This document shows positions 18,493 to 27,213 of a DNA stretch of 64,000 nt, piece by piece. The notes beneath the pieces were generated by a model. That model was not told where the DNA came from. It saw only the letters and a list, made by a program, of their open reading frames with translations, and did not search any database. This DNA comes from a virus: the IMG/VR virus record IMGVR_UViG_3300035180_002250, positions 67,685-131,684 of that record. One strand, written 5' to 3'. How positions within the stretch are numbered: the stretch's first letter is position 1; every line of letters starts with the position of its first letter. Made by a program: the position numbers and the translations under genes.

Positions 18493-20112
18493 TCAGGTGA
18501 ACACCAGGGTATCCTCGGTGTTCACCTCGTGAGTCATAGTAAAATTTATAGCTCCCATTAACACTCTAGCCCCAAACCAGCCAAACACCATCGAATGCAA
18601 CACATCATCGGATTTCTTAGGATGATGCCTCCAAGCTCTTCTAGAAATACCCCGGTCTTCGTTCAAAAAAACTTCTTTAACATTTAATAAATCCTGACCA
18701 AATGGTTTGAAATCTTCATATCTGAAACACCTTATTTTTTTAGTCTTTATATCTAACAAAAAACTATCGATCAGAATAGTCCTATTAACGATAAATCTGG
18801 CTCCTGAGGCGTCCCAACGAAATGGTGCTGACTGCTCTGTGTACATCACAGGTACTACCTGTTTATCCGGAAGCATCGTGTGCAACTGGCTCATGGCGAA
18901 ATTACCATTTCCATGATCCCCGTAAATAGCTGATACGTTGAAAACCCTGCACAACCTGGCAATATCAACAACATGCTGCGAAGGCTCACCGGCTGAATAC
19001 ACCCTACAAAATATTTTTATCATTTCTCCTGAATTTGGGTACACCGAGTAAATTGATATAGCGGTTCTACTGACACCATCCATTCCGGAACCTCCCCAAT
19101 CTATACCTGCAACGATATACTCAGCCCCCTTTGTATTCTCTGGTGCAGCATGGTCCAACATCTTCAAAGTAGGTATACACATCTCCTGCAACAGTTCCTC
19201 AGTAATCAACTGAGACCCCTCCCCTGTTGGCTCTCCCATTACTTCGTTATCGAACCTTGATGTAGGGTATGAAGTAAACTTATCCCATAGCCTGCGCCAT
19301 TTATCCGGGTTGTTACAATGCATGGGCATGATAATCTGCGGTATCGCATATCCGTCACAGGTTTTATCGTTTGCATCTCCAGTGCATGTCGGATACCATT
19401 TACCCAAGTAAGTATTCAATTTTTTACCACATGATTTGCAAACAAATCCTTCCTTGGTAATATTTTTTTTATCAGGTATATTATACTTATTACATCCTTC
19501 ACACTTGATTACCCATCGTTTCTGCGTTGACAAATCCCAAAAATATTCCAATGAAGTTATTAATGTTTTAGAAGTTCCGGCATATACAAATGTTGGATTC
19601 TTGGAAGCTGATAAACACTCTTCTGCATCCAGGATAGCGTCAAACAAGATATCCTGAATTTCATCGAGGTATAATTTATTTCCACTAAAACCTCGTACAC
19701 GATCTGCTGATTCACTGAAATAACTCAATCGTATTTCTGAAAAATTTGCAAAACGTTTATTAAAAATATTATTAATGCAGTGCTTTGATCGCATTAAATT
19801 TGAATAAACAACAGGAGAGTGAATAAGGAAAGGGTCCAACTTGGAAGTTGAGAATGCCGCCGTTTGCGCTCCGGAAGCATTCACATAGATAAGAGAATTA
19901 TAGGGGGTTATTATGGACTCTATTACCATACTGGACGCCATGGTAATCGTTTTAGACACCTGACGCCCTGCCCGCATTACACACCGATCATACTGTGTGT
20001 TAAATATGTCCTGAAACATTAAATAATCAGCTAAAGAATATGGTGCTCCCTGTAGACGCAATATCTGTTGGGCAATATCTGATTTTGTTAAGTCTGTTGC
20101 AATTTCCATCAA
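18493..20112 (-). CDS. terL: Terminase large subunit
   Basis: RAGRQVSKT Walker A, LYLDEIQD Walker B, Zn insert CEGC..CKSC, nuclease GIDWGG and DDVLHS. Confidence 0.85.
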   Translation of the reverse strand: MMEIATDLTKSDIAQQILRLQGAPYSLADYLMFQDIFNTQYDRCVMRAGRQVSKTITMASSMVIESIITPYNSLIYVNASGAQTAAFSTSKLDPFLIHSPVVYSNLMRSKHCINNIFNKRFANFSEIRLSYFSESADRVRGFSGNKLYLDEIQDILFDAILDAEECLSASKNPTFVYAGTSKTLITSLEYFWDLSTQKRWVIKCEGCNKYNIPDKKNITKEGFVCKSCGKKLNTYLGKWYPTCTGDANDKTCDGYAIPQIIMPMHCNNPDKWRRLWDKFTSYPTSRFDNEVMGEPTGEGSQLITEELLQEMCIPTLKMLDHAAPENTKGAEYIVAGIDWGGSGMDGVSRTAISIYSVYPNSGEMIKIFCRVYSAGEPSQHVVDIARLCRVFNVSAIYGDHGNGNFAMSQLHTMLPDKQVVPVMYTEQSAPFRWDASGARFIVNRTILIDSFLLDIKTKKIRCFRYEDFKPFGQDLLNVKEVFLNEDRGISRRAWRHHPKKSDDVLHSMVFGWFGARVLMGAINFTMTHEVNTEDTLVFT

Positions 20113-20131
20113 TATTAAAATTATTCATTTT

Positions 20132-20821
20132 TTAGTGTACTATTGGATTGTATAAGTAACACCCGATTAACTGAACCAATATCTTCTTGAATGAACTATC
20201 ATACTCATTGGAATTGAAATACTTTTGATTCAAATTCTCCAGCACTTCGATTGAGTCATCCTTATTCGTAAAATCCACAGTATCCAATAAATCAGCCATT
20301 TTCAACAAATCTTCCATTGGGTATGTGGTTTGAGTCACTTTCAAATGCGTTAACAATTCTTGCCCAGAGCGTAACGGTTTAGGTAACACAACCCAATCAT
20401 AATAAGCTGCACATGAAGCAATATACCCAGGTATTTCACCTAGAGTTGTAACAAACTTCGTATCATGCAGTAATAAAGATAATTTATCCAAATTAGTTAC
20501 AGAATAAAAAATCTCTTCAATGTGACTTGGCGTAACTGTATTATGTGCACCACAGTTACAAAAAGAGCTAACAACATTAGAAAATGGGAGGCAATAATTA
20601 CTCGCCACATCCATATTTCCACAAACTCCCCAAATAGCTAATAATTTAGCCATAGCCACATTGGTAGTAACTTTTTTAAAATTCCCCAAAAATACTTCCG
20701 GCTCCCAATTCAACCAGTCTGAATTGGCAAAAATATCTATCTTATTTAGATATAAAAAAATATCAATAGGGTGATTATTGAGTACAAATTCATTAGTAAT
20801 TGTTGATGGATCAATCCCCAT
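20132..20821 (-). CDS. Hypothetical protein
   Basis: 229-aa ORF translationally coupled within the terminase operon. Confidence 0.6.
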   Translation of the reverse strand: MGIDPSTITNEFVLNNHPIDIFLYLNKIDIFANSDWLNWEPEVFLGNFKKVTTNVAMAKLLAIWGVCGNMDVASNYCLPFSNVVSSFCNCGAHNTVTPSHIEEIFYSVTNLDKLSLLLHDTKFVTTLGEIPGYIASCAAYYDWVVLPKPLRSGQELLTHLKVTQTTYPMEDLLKMADLLDTVDFTNKDDSIEVLENLNQKYFNSNEYDSSFKKILVQLIGCYLYNPIVH

Positions 20822-21987
20822 TATTCACGAATCCCCAAGCTGTACAGTGTAGTTGCAAGTTTTGTAATGTCTCCATCCTTCTCAATCAATGATAAAGCGT
20901 CCTCCCCATACTTACCGACAATATCCCCTTGTGGCATGCTTTTCAATTTTTCAATAAACCGTTCAAGGTCTTTATCATTATAATCAAAATCTCGATTACT
21001 TTTTTCGTTTTTAGTATCCATCATCTTTTTATTCTTTACTCTCTTACTATTTACAGATGCTTCCTTATTAAATACAATACTATAAGCACACGGTATTTTA
21101 TTTGTGTACTTTTTATCATTCAAATTATATTTTTCATCAATATTATATATAACTTCAGCAAGTTTTTTCAGTTCATTCTTGGTATAAATTTCAGAAGAAT
21201 CTTCTGTGGCACTTCCTAATTTATCCAATCCTGAAATCAGTGTTTTGTACTCATCACCGGATTTTCCCATACGATTGGCGACAGCAACACGATATTCCAA
21301 CATCCGTTTCGTATTCTCCAGATCACTATCTACAAGAGCTGCATACTTCACAATACTTGGTGAGTACGGTCCTCTGTACCCAAACTTACCAGCCAAATCG
21401 ATAAACCGAGTAGAATACTCCACCCGATCCGGTACTGATAGTCTGGAGTATTGGTCATCAAACACTTTATTTGCCTCAAGAAGGTCTTCCGCCGATGCAA
21501 CCTTGCATAATCGCTGTTTAGGTAACAGGTACTCCTCCCCACCGGATTCTTTTAAGGTAGATGCACATTTTTCAATTCCTGGTGTTGGTGACATAAACAA
21601 CCCCTCAGGAACATTATATAAATCTAAATAACTGTCCAATGTTTCAGCTATTTTCGTATACACATCACTCGGGAATTTATCCTTCTGCCCGGATAAGTAT
21701 ACCTTACTGATAATAGCATCTTCCATAGACCCTACTGAAAACTTAACTTCCTCGGGCCAAGCATACATATTTTCAGTAGCCAACTTTTGGTGGGGCTCCT
21801 CGGTGATACCAGCTCCATTACTGGTGTAACTGGCTAAAACAGCACCAAGTACCTTCTGAACATTCTTTGGGTATGCTGATGCAAACTTAATAAAATTCTT
21901 TTGGCTTCGATCAGAGTTAATATCAACAATTCGGCTCTTCCAGTGTTTATTATTCATAATTATCTCACCTAAATAGTTATGCTCCAT
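20821..21987 (-). CDS. Hypothetical head-associated protein (KxA-motif rich)
   Basis: 388-aa ORF with KFAS, KLAT, KCAS, KVAS, KYAA, KEAS motifs as in the head genes. Confidence 0.6.
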   Translation of the reverse strand: MEHNYLGEIIMNNKHWKSRIVDINSDRSQKNFIKFASAYPKNVQKVLGAVLASYTSNGAGITEEPHQKLATENMYAWPEEVKFSVGSMEDAIISKVYLSGQKDKFPSDVYTKIAETLDSYLDLYNVPEGLFMSPTPGIEKCASTLKESGGEEYLLPKQRLCKVASAEDLLEANKVFDDQYSRLSVPDRVEYSTRFIDLAGKFGYRGPYSPSIVKYAALVDSDLENTKRMLEYRVAVANRMGKSGDEYKTLISGLDKLGSATEDSSEIYTKNELKKLAEVIYNIDEKYNLNDKKYTNKIPCAYSIVFNKEASVNSKRVKNKKMMDTKNEKSNRDFDYNDKDLERFIEKLKSMPQGDIVGKYGEDALSLIEKDGDITKLATTLYSLGIRE

Positions 21988-22110
21988 GTCACAGTTAAAC
22001 TCCTTACTACATAGTATTGGTAGTCGTACTTATTTATTACAAATCTCCTGATATATAATAAATAATGAAAACAAACATCTGTATTTTTAATAAAATAAAA
22101 ACAGTGTTTC

Positions 22111-22119
22111 TGTTATAAG
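22111..22119 (+). promoter_or_regulatory. TGTTATAAG promoter motif upstream of the partner-RT operon
   Basis: Identical to the motif before the ncRNA array. Confidence 0.55.
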
Positions 22120-22192
22120 TATACGCCAAGTGACTCAGTTCTTCTATTTATTTATTAAGTCCATAATTTTTTTAATTGAAAGGAAAAGAAAC

Positions 22193-22993
22193 ATGATCCC
22201 AATAAGTGACTATAGTAAGATTACAGCCGTTGAGGAAACAACAACCCCACCTGAGGTCAGCAAACTATTTTCAAGTATTAATAGTGAGCTTCAGGTAGAT
22301 GTACACAAAGTATTAAAATTTATAAAAATTGAAAATATGAGTACAAGGGGGGTCAAAACTTATAAGTATTTAATTCTAGTCAACAAAGTTAACTACTCAG
22401 ATATTATACAACAAAAAATAAAAGAAATTTATAAAAACGCTGCACTAGTGAAAATAGAGACTAATAATGTAATTAATAAGCTATGTAAAAAGACAACCAT
22501 TACAAATGACAACATAGCAAAATTATATACCTATCTACTTGAGTATTACATGTTGATACCTCTGGACACAAGTTTTAAAAATTATAACAGAGTTATTGAC
22601 TATACCCTTAAATGGGTAATTGATACTAATAACTCATCAACACAACGTAACCCTGTAAGTATCTATATAATTAACTTATGGGTAGATGGTAAAAATATTA
22701 ATACACAGTACTGCGGAATAGAGCACAGACTGTGCTATAGTGAAATACCTTATAAGTTTAGGAGAATGAATCAAACAATCCCACCATTGACTATGAATAG
22801 TTCCCAGACAATTGAACAAACATTGTATGATGAGCTATTAACAAATGCATACCCTTTTTATAAAAAAGTATATGATGTAACAAAAACCTACAACCTATAT
22901 AATAAATTACAGGTTGTTAAACAAATTTCCGATGAGTCACGCTTTCTTAAAACGGACATGAGTAATAGCACAAATGAGCTTGTTGCCTTCTAA
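22193..22993 (+). CDS. Unknown protein immediately upstream of the RT (candidate partner/effector)
   Basis: ATG 22193 after GAAAGGA RBS; 15-nt gap containing AGGAGG before the RT; no recognisable motif. Confidence 0.7.
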   Translation: MIPISDYSKITAVEETTTPPEVSKLFSSINSELQVDVHKVLKFIKIENMSTRGVKTYKYLILVNKVNYSDIIQQKIKEIYKNAALVKIETNNVINKLCKKTTITNDNIAKLYTYLLEYYMLIPLDTSFKNYNRVIDYTLKWVIDTNNSSTQRNPVSIYIINLWVDGKNINTQYCGIEHRLCYSEIPYKFRRMNQTIPPLTMNSSQTIEQTLYDELLTNAYPFYKKVYDVTKTYNLYNKLQVVKQISDESRFLKTDMSNSTNELVAF

Positions 22994-23008
22994 AGGAGGG
23001 AATTCGTA

Positions 23009-24322
23009 ATGCAAAATCAAACTAGTGTATATAAAGTTAAAGAAGTTGATGTAGCTGAAGAAGAACTTATAAACGCAAACAACTCTATTCCTGTGATCGC
23101 AAACAACTTCCAGGATTTGCACACTCTATTAGGAGTGAAAACAAACCTTATCTCTTATTACTATAATAAAAGAGACAAACACCAAACTTTGGTAAAAGTT
23201 GGAAAACGTGAGACCTATAATTCAGCATACGGATTAAAACTGATCCAGAAGAAAATGATATATAAGATTTTTGAACCGATGTTAAATATAACGCCAAACG
23301 ATCATATGCTTGCGTATATAAAAGGAAGAAATTTCTATACCAAGCTAAAAGAAGACTGCACAAAACATGACTACATTGTAAAATTTGATCTCAAAAAGTA
23401 TTACGATTCAATAACAAAAAAGCATATCGTAGATACTATTGAAAGTTTCGGTGTGCCCCATAAAGCGGCAAAGTTAATCTCCCATTACTGCGTAGTGAAA
23501 AGGGTAATAACAAAGAAGGATGGAACCACCAAAACGGTGGAAACTTTACAACAAGGCAGCCCTTGCAGCCCTATTATTGCAAACTTAGTAGGGTATAAAT
23601 ATATTGATGCACCTCTAATGCAGTATATTAAGGAGAACCTACCAGGGTACAGATACGAGTATATACGATTTTCTGATAACGTACTTCTCTGTTTAACAGC
23701 GCCAAACGACGGAAACGTAGTAGATACTGAGAAAGATGAGAAAACACGGCAGGCCATCACCAAGTACCTAAACGCTGCCCATACCATTCTTGGTAACGGG
23801 TATTTCCGATATCATGATGTAGACGTGACAAGTAAGAAACATCCAAAGAAACACCAAAAATTTCTAGGTGTGATCCTAAATGAAGTGGCCCGTATAGATT
23901 TGAAAATTTTCAGAAGACTACGAGCAACCCTGTTCAACTGCCTGAAGGGAGACATACTGTCTGAGGCAAAAAAATATTTCAGAGAAGAAACGGACTTCCA
24001 CTTCGAAGACACAAACCAATGCTTTCTGGTTACAGATGAGGATATTATCAAAAAATTCTTCCAGGTGATGACCGGAAAGATTGCGTACATTAAGCAGGTA
24101 AGTTCCAAGCAGTATACGGAACTGTATAACATGTTGGCTTTAGTAAAACTGATACATAAAGAATATTCAAGAATATTTGAAACCTCCAGACATAGGGAAA
24201 ATGATGGCAGATTAAAAGAATATTTGTTCGATATAGTAAAGAATTACAAAAATTATGAAGAAGTTGTTACACAGCTAACTCTGTTAGAATCTCCTGCAGT
24301 CTATGCTGAAGAGACAACTTAA
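23009..24322 (+). CDS. Retron-like reverse transcriptase with non-canonical catalytic motif (FSDN)
   Basis: LKLIQKKM, AYIKGRN, KFDLKKYYDSI (motif A), LQQGSPCSPIIANL (motif B), YIRFSDNV (YADD position), QKFLGVILN (VTG region), RRLRATLFN. Confidence 0.88.
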   Translation: MQNQTSVYKVKEVDVAEEELINANNSIPVIANNFQDLHTLLGVKTNLISYYYNKRDKHQTLVKVGKRETYNSAYGLKLIQKKMIYKIFEPMLNITPNDHMLAYIKGRNFYTKLKEDCTKHDYIVKFDLKKYYDSITKKHIVDTIESFGVPHKAAKLISHYCVVKRVITKKDGTTKTVETLQQGSPCSPIIANLVGYKYIDAPLMQYIKENLPGYRYEYIRFSDNVLLCLTAPNDGNVVDTEKDEKTRQAITKYLNAAHTILGNGYFRYHDVDVTSKKHPKKHQKFLGVILNEVARIDLKIFRRLRATLFNCLKGDILSEAKKYFREETDFHFEDTNQCFLVTDEDIIKKFFQVMTGKIAYIKQVSSKQYTELYNMLALVKLIHKEYSRIFETSRHRENDGRLKEYLFDIVKNYKNYEEVVTQLTLLESPAVYAEETT

Positions 24323-24370
24323 TCATACAAGATTTAGAAAAATGAAAAATATTAATTAAAACAACTGGGA

Positions 24371-24415
24371 TTTGTGTGCATTATATTATAAAAAAATTAA
24401 CATAATGCACACAAA
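24371..24415. other. 14-bp inverted repeat just downstream of the RT
   Basis: TTTGTGTGCATTAT / ATAATGCACACAAA with a 17-nt AT-rich loop. Confidence 0.6.
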
Positions 24416-24423
24416 GGCCCCTT

Positions 24424-24774
24424 ATGCCAAAAAATATATCCCCAACTTTAACAGACCTCGATAGCATATCGACAGATATTAGTAACCAATTAGTTCCAAA
24501 AGAACCATGTCATAAGTGTGGTAAAACTAGGTGGGTAATAGATGATGATCCGTACACCTGGGTTTGCCTGAATTGCAATAACTTAATAATGTTAAACTAT
24601 GGCAAACTTATTCAACAAATAGATATAATATATAGCAATCCAGTAAGACGTAACGACTATGTAAAATCTATAAAATCAGGGACTATAAAACTTAAAAAGA
24701 AAGATGATATAAAACAAATTAAATTTGATAAATACCTAAAAGATATCAGAGAAGGTAAAAACAATGCCAGATAA
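24424..24774 (+). CDS. Small zinc-ribbon protein
   Basis: CHKC..CLNC pair; basic C-terminus. Confidence 0.6.
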   Translation: MPKNISPTLTDLDSISTDISNQLVPKEPCHKCGKTRWVIDDDPYTWVCLNCNNLIMLNYGKLIQQIDIIYSNPVRRNDYVKSIKSGTIKLKKKDDIKQIKFDKYLKDIREGKNNAR

Positions 24775-25474
24775 CTATATTTTTTTAGGTATAGACCCTT
24801 CAATAAAAAACACTGGATTATGCATTTTAAAAATAATTAATAATTCTATTATTATATCTTTATATGATATTTCCAACTATACTAAAATACCAAAAGATAA
24901 AATAAAAAGGTACACAGTAATATCAAATAGCGTGAAAAATATCTTAGCTACTGAAATAGGCAGTTTGGATAATTTTAATTTATTTATAGGGTATGAAGAT
25001 TATTCTTACCATAGTACTAATAAATCATTTTCACTTGGTGAACTTGGTGGGTGCCTTAAAACTACTATAATATCTTATCAAGAAACAAATGCTAACCATA
25101 TACTACAAAGTGAATTACTGTTAGTACCTCCAACAAAATTAAAACAATTTGCTACAGGTACTGGAACTGCAACAAAATCAATGATGATTAACGCTTTTCT
25201 TAATACAGTTAATTTAAATTTACTTAACCATACAAATAAAAATAGCATTGCTATTTTATACAACAGCAATGCTATTACTGAAAGTACAAACTTTACCAAT
25301 AATACTATTGGTGTCACCGATGACTGTGCCGATGCCTATTTTTTAGCTGAATTTTCTTATATAAACTATGTATCTAACAATTCCTCATCCCCAGATTCCA
25401 GTACTCGGTATACTGTGGCTCATCTTAGAAATAAAGTTAACGTCGTTGTCCCAACTGATCCCCTATTCCTCTAA
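24764..25474 (+). CDS. RuvC-like Holliday junction resolvase
   Basis: FLGIDPSIKNTG, YEDY, PPTKLKQFATGTGTATKSMM, DDCADAY. Confidence 0.85.
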   Translation: MPDNYIFLGIDPSIKNTGLCILKIINNSIIISLYDISNYTKIPKDKIKRYTVISNSVKNILATEIGSLDNFNLFIGYEDYSYHSTNKSFSLGELGGCLKTTIISYQETNANHILQSELLLVPPTKLKQFATGTGTATKSMMINAFLNTVNLNLLNHTNKNSIAILYNSNAITESTNFTNNTIGVTDDCADAYFLAEFSYINYVSNNSSSPDSSTRYTVAHLRNKVNVVVPTDPLFL

Positions 25475-25895
25475 TAAATCTCCTTTAAGGATCGTATATG
25501 GTCCAGCATCATGTACACCACTGTTCTTTAGCTCATGTTGTACCAATTTCTCATCCATTTCTGTAATCTTATTTTCCACTAATGATACTATTGAACGTAA
25601 ATTATCATACATTCCCTTGGTACTACCATAAACTAATAATGATTGTGGTGTATCAACTACCTGTTTCTGATTAACTACTACTGTAGTAAGGGGGTAATAC
25701 AGTATTAGTAGAACTGTTGTCTAATTCGGGTATTCCCAAGTTTAAATTAGTATCTGCCCCACCATTTATTACTGCCATGGCAACATTATATACAATAGTA
25801 CCATAATACGAAGATATTTTTCCTTCGGTACATATGCTATTATAGTTTTCCAATAATAAGTTGTTTAATAGCAAACAAGGATTTATAGTACTCAT
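25463..25895 (-). CDS. Hypothetical protein interrupted by a +1 frameshift at a C5 run
   Basis: ORF 25895-25671 stops just after TTA CCC CCT; the +1 frame stays open (LTTVVVNQKQVVD...GDLLEE*) to 25463. Confidence 0.5.
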
Positions 25896-25930
25896 AAATT
25901 TATCTACGCTCTCAATATTATTTATTATAT

Positions 25931-26602
25931 TTATGCTGCTACTTTAAACCAAATATCCCCATCAACTCCTCCGGATGGAGCAGACGTAGAAATCGTAAAC
26001 CCTGAATGGTATGTAGAACTTAACACCTTATGCTGAGTAGGTGGAACTGATACGTTCGCAGTACCATCAAAATTAACACCATTTATTTGCCTTGCTGTTG
26101 TCAACTTGGATGCAGAGTATACATACTTATCAGCATCCCTTGTGTTATCAACATTTCCAAGACCAACCATTAACGCTGTAATACCACTTACATTACCTGT
26201 GAATGTGGGGCTATTTACAGGAGCCTTGGTATTATCATAAATAGTAATATTGGCAGTACCATCAAAATTAACACCATTTATTTGCCTTGCAGTTGTAAGC
26301 TTAGTAGCAGATAATACCTCTTTATTTACGTCTGCTGTGTTATCTACATTACCTAGCCCAACCATCGATGCTGTAATACCACTCACTGTACCTGTAAATG
26401 TAGGACTATTAATGGGTGCCTTTGTAGTCAATGACGATTGCACAGATTCAACTTGCGTCTTTAACCAAGTTGTTCTATTGGCTAACTGTCGCGGTTGAAT
26501 ATTTGCTACACCATCTGTACCCCCAGATACTCTGTCAGTAACCTCGATTAAATATACACCAGACTCCCACGTTGCCGATTCTGTTATAAAAGACATATAC
26601 AC
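25931..26602 (-). CDS. Tail fibre-like protein with internal 65-aa tandem duplication
   Basis: QLANRTTWLK; two copies of KAP.NSPTFTG..VGLGNVDNT..KLTTARQINGVNFDGTAN; C-terminal STSAPSGGVDGDIWF. Confidence 0.8.
   Translation of the reverse strand: MYMSFITESATWESGVYLIEVTDRVSGGTDGVANIQPRQLANRTTWLKTQVESVQSSLTTKAPINSPTFTGTVSGITASMVGLGNVDNTADVNKEVLSATKLTTARQINGVNFDGTANITIYDNTKAPVNSPTFTGNVSGITALMVGLGNVDNTRDADKYVYSASKLTTARQINGVNFDGTANVSVPPTQHKVLSSTYHSGFTISTSAPSGGVDGDIWFKVAA
26058..26423 (-). repeat. 195-nt period tandem duplication inside the tail fibre gene
   Basis: GCAGTACCATCAAAATTAACACCATTTATTTGCCTTGC at 26058 and 26253. Confidence 0.85.
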
Positions 26603-26661
26603 CTCACTATTAAAATAATTGTATAAAATATATTACCATATAGACAAATCTCATACTAGAG

Positions 26662-27180
26662 TTATGCTGTATAAAATTTTATTGACCAAGCTCCAGAAAA
26701 TGCCATATCGCTATTTTTTGTAATTGGACCATATACCCTCCTACTAAACAGACCATTACTTGTAGTAACTAACCCATATTCAGTTACAACAACTCCATTA
26801 ATTTGCTCATATCCTAAATACCAATTAAATTTAACTGTAGATAAATCTGGGTATTCCACTGAAGTAAAGGGTAAATACGTAGGTGATGTAAGTGACATAT
26901 CAGAAATATCAGCAGGGTCAGCACCCGTGCCCAATCCAATTTTTGTTATAGGTAACCCAGTACCACCTATTAAAGTTGCTAATATAGTTTTTGAATTAGC
27001 TACAATTAAATTGTGATCAGTATATTCAGTTATCAACTTATTCTGCCTATCTAATATTCTTAAATAGAACATACCATCACATAGTGGTACTAAGTGTTTT
27101 TCATAGCATGTAATACCACTTGTTGATTTCTGCTTTATACTCGTACAGTTATTCATAATGTACCCCTTAATGTTTAACAT
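26662..27180 (-). CDS. Baseplate/tail-fibre attachment protein
   Basis: KIGLGTG..EYGL..LFSRR..ITK pattern typical of phage tail-fibre N-terminal/collar domains; context. Confidence 0.6.
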   Translation of the reverse strand: MLNIKGYIMNNCTSIKQKSTSGITCYEKHLVPLCDGMFYLRILDRQNKLITEYTDHNLIVANSKTILATLIGGTGLPITKIGLGTGADPADISDMSLTSPTYLPFTSVEYPDLSTVKFNWYLGYEQINGVVVTEYGLVTTSNGLFSRRVYGPITKNSDMAFSGAWSIKFYTA

Positions 27181-27213
27181 TAAACAGTAAAATACAACTA
27201 AAATAAAAACTGC

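Noticed and set aside
21988-22192. Retron msr-msd directly upstream of the partner-RT operon
   Set aside because: AT-rich divergent promoter region with no convincing inverted repeats or long hairpin
23009-24322. Group II intron-encoded RT
   Set aside because: No maturase X or HNH domain, no domain V/VI sequence after the ORF and no interrupted host gene
23009-26602. Diversity-generating retroelement (RT plus tail-fibre TR/VR)
   Set aside because: The 195-nt duplication is in-frame and tandem within one gene, with mixed and synonymous changes rather than adenine-specific ones; RT motifs look retron-like, not DGR-like
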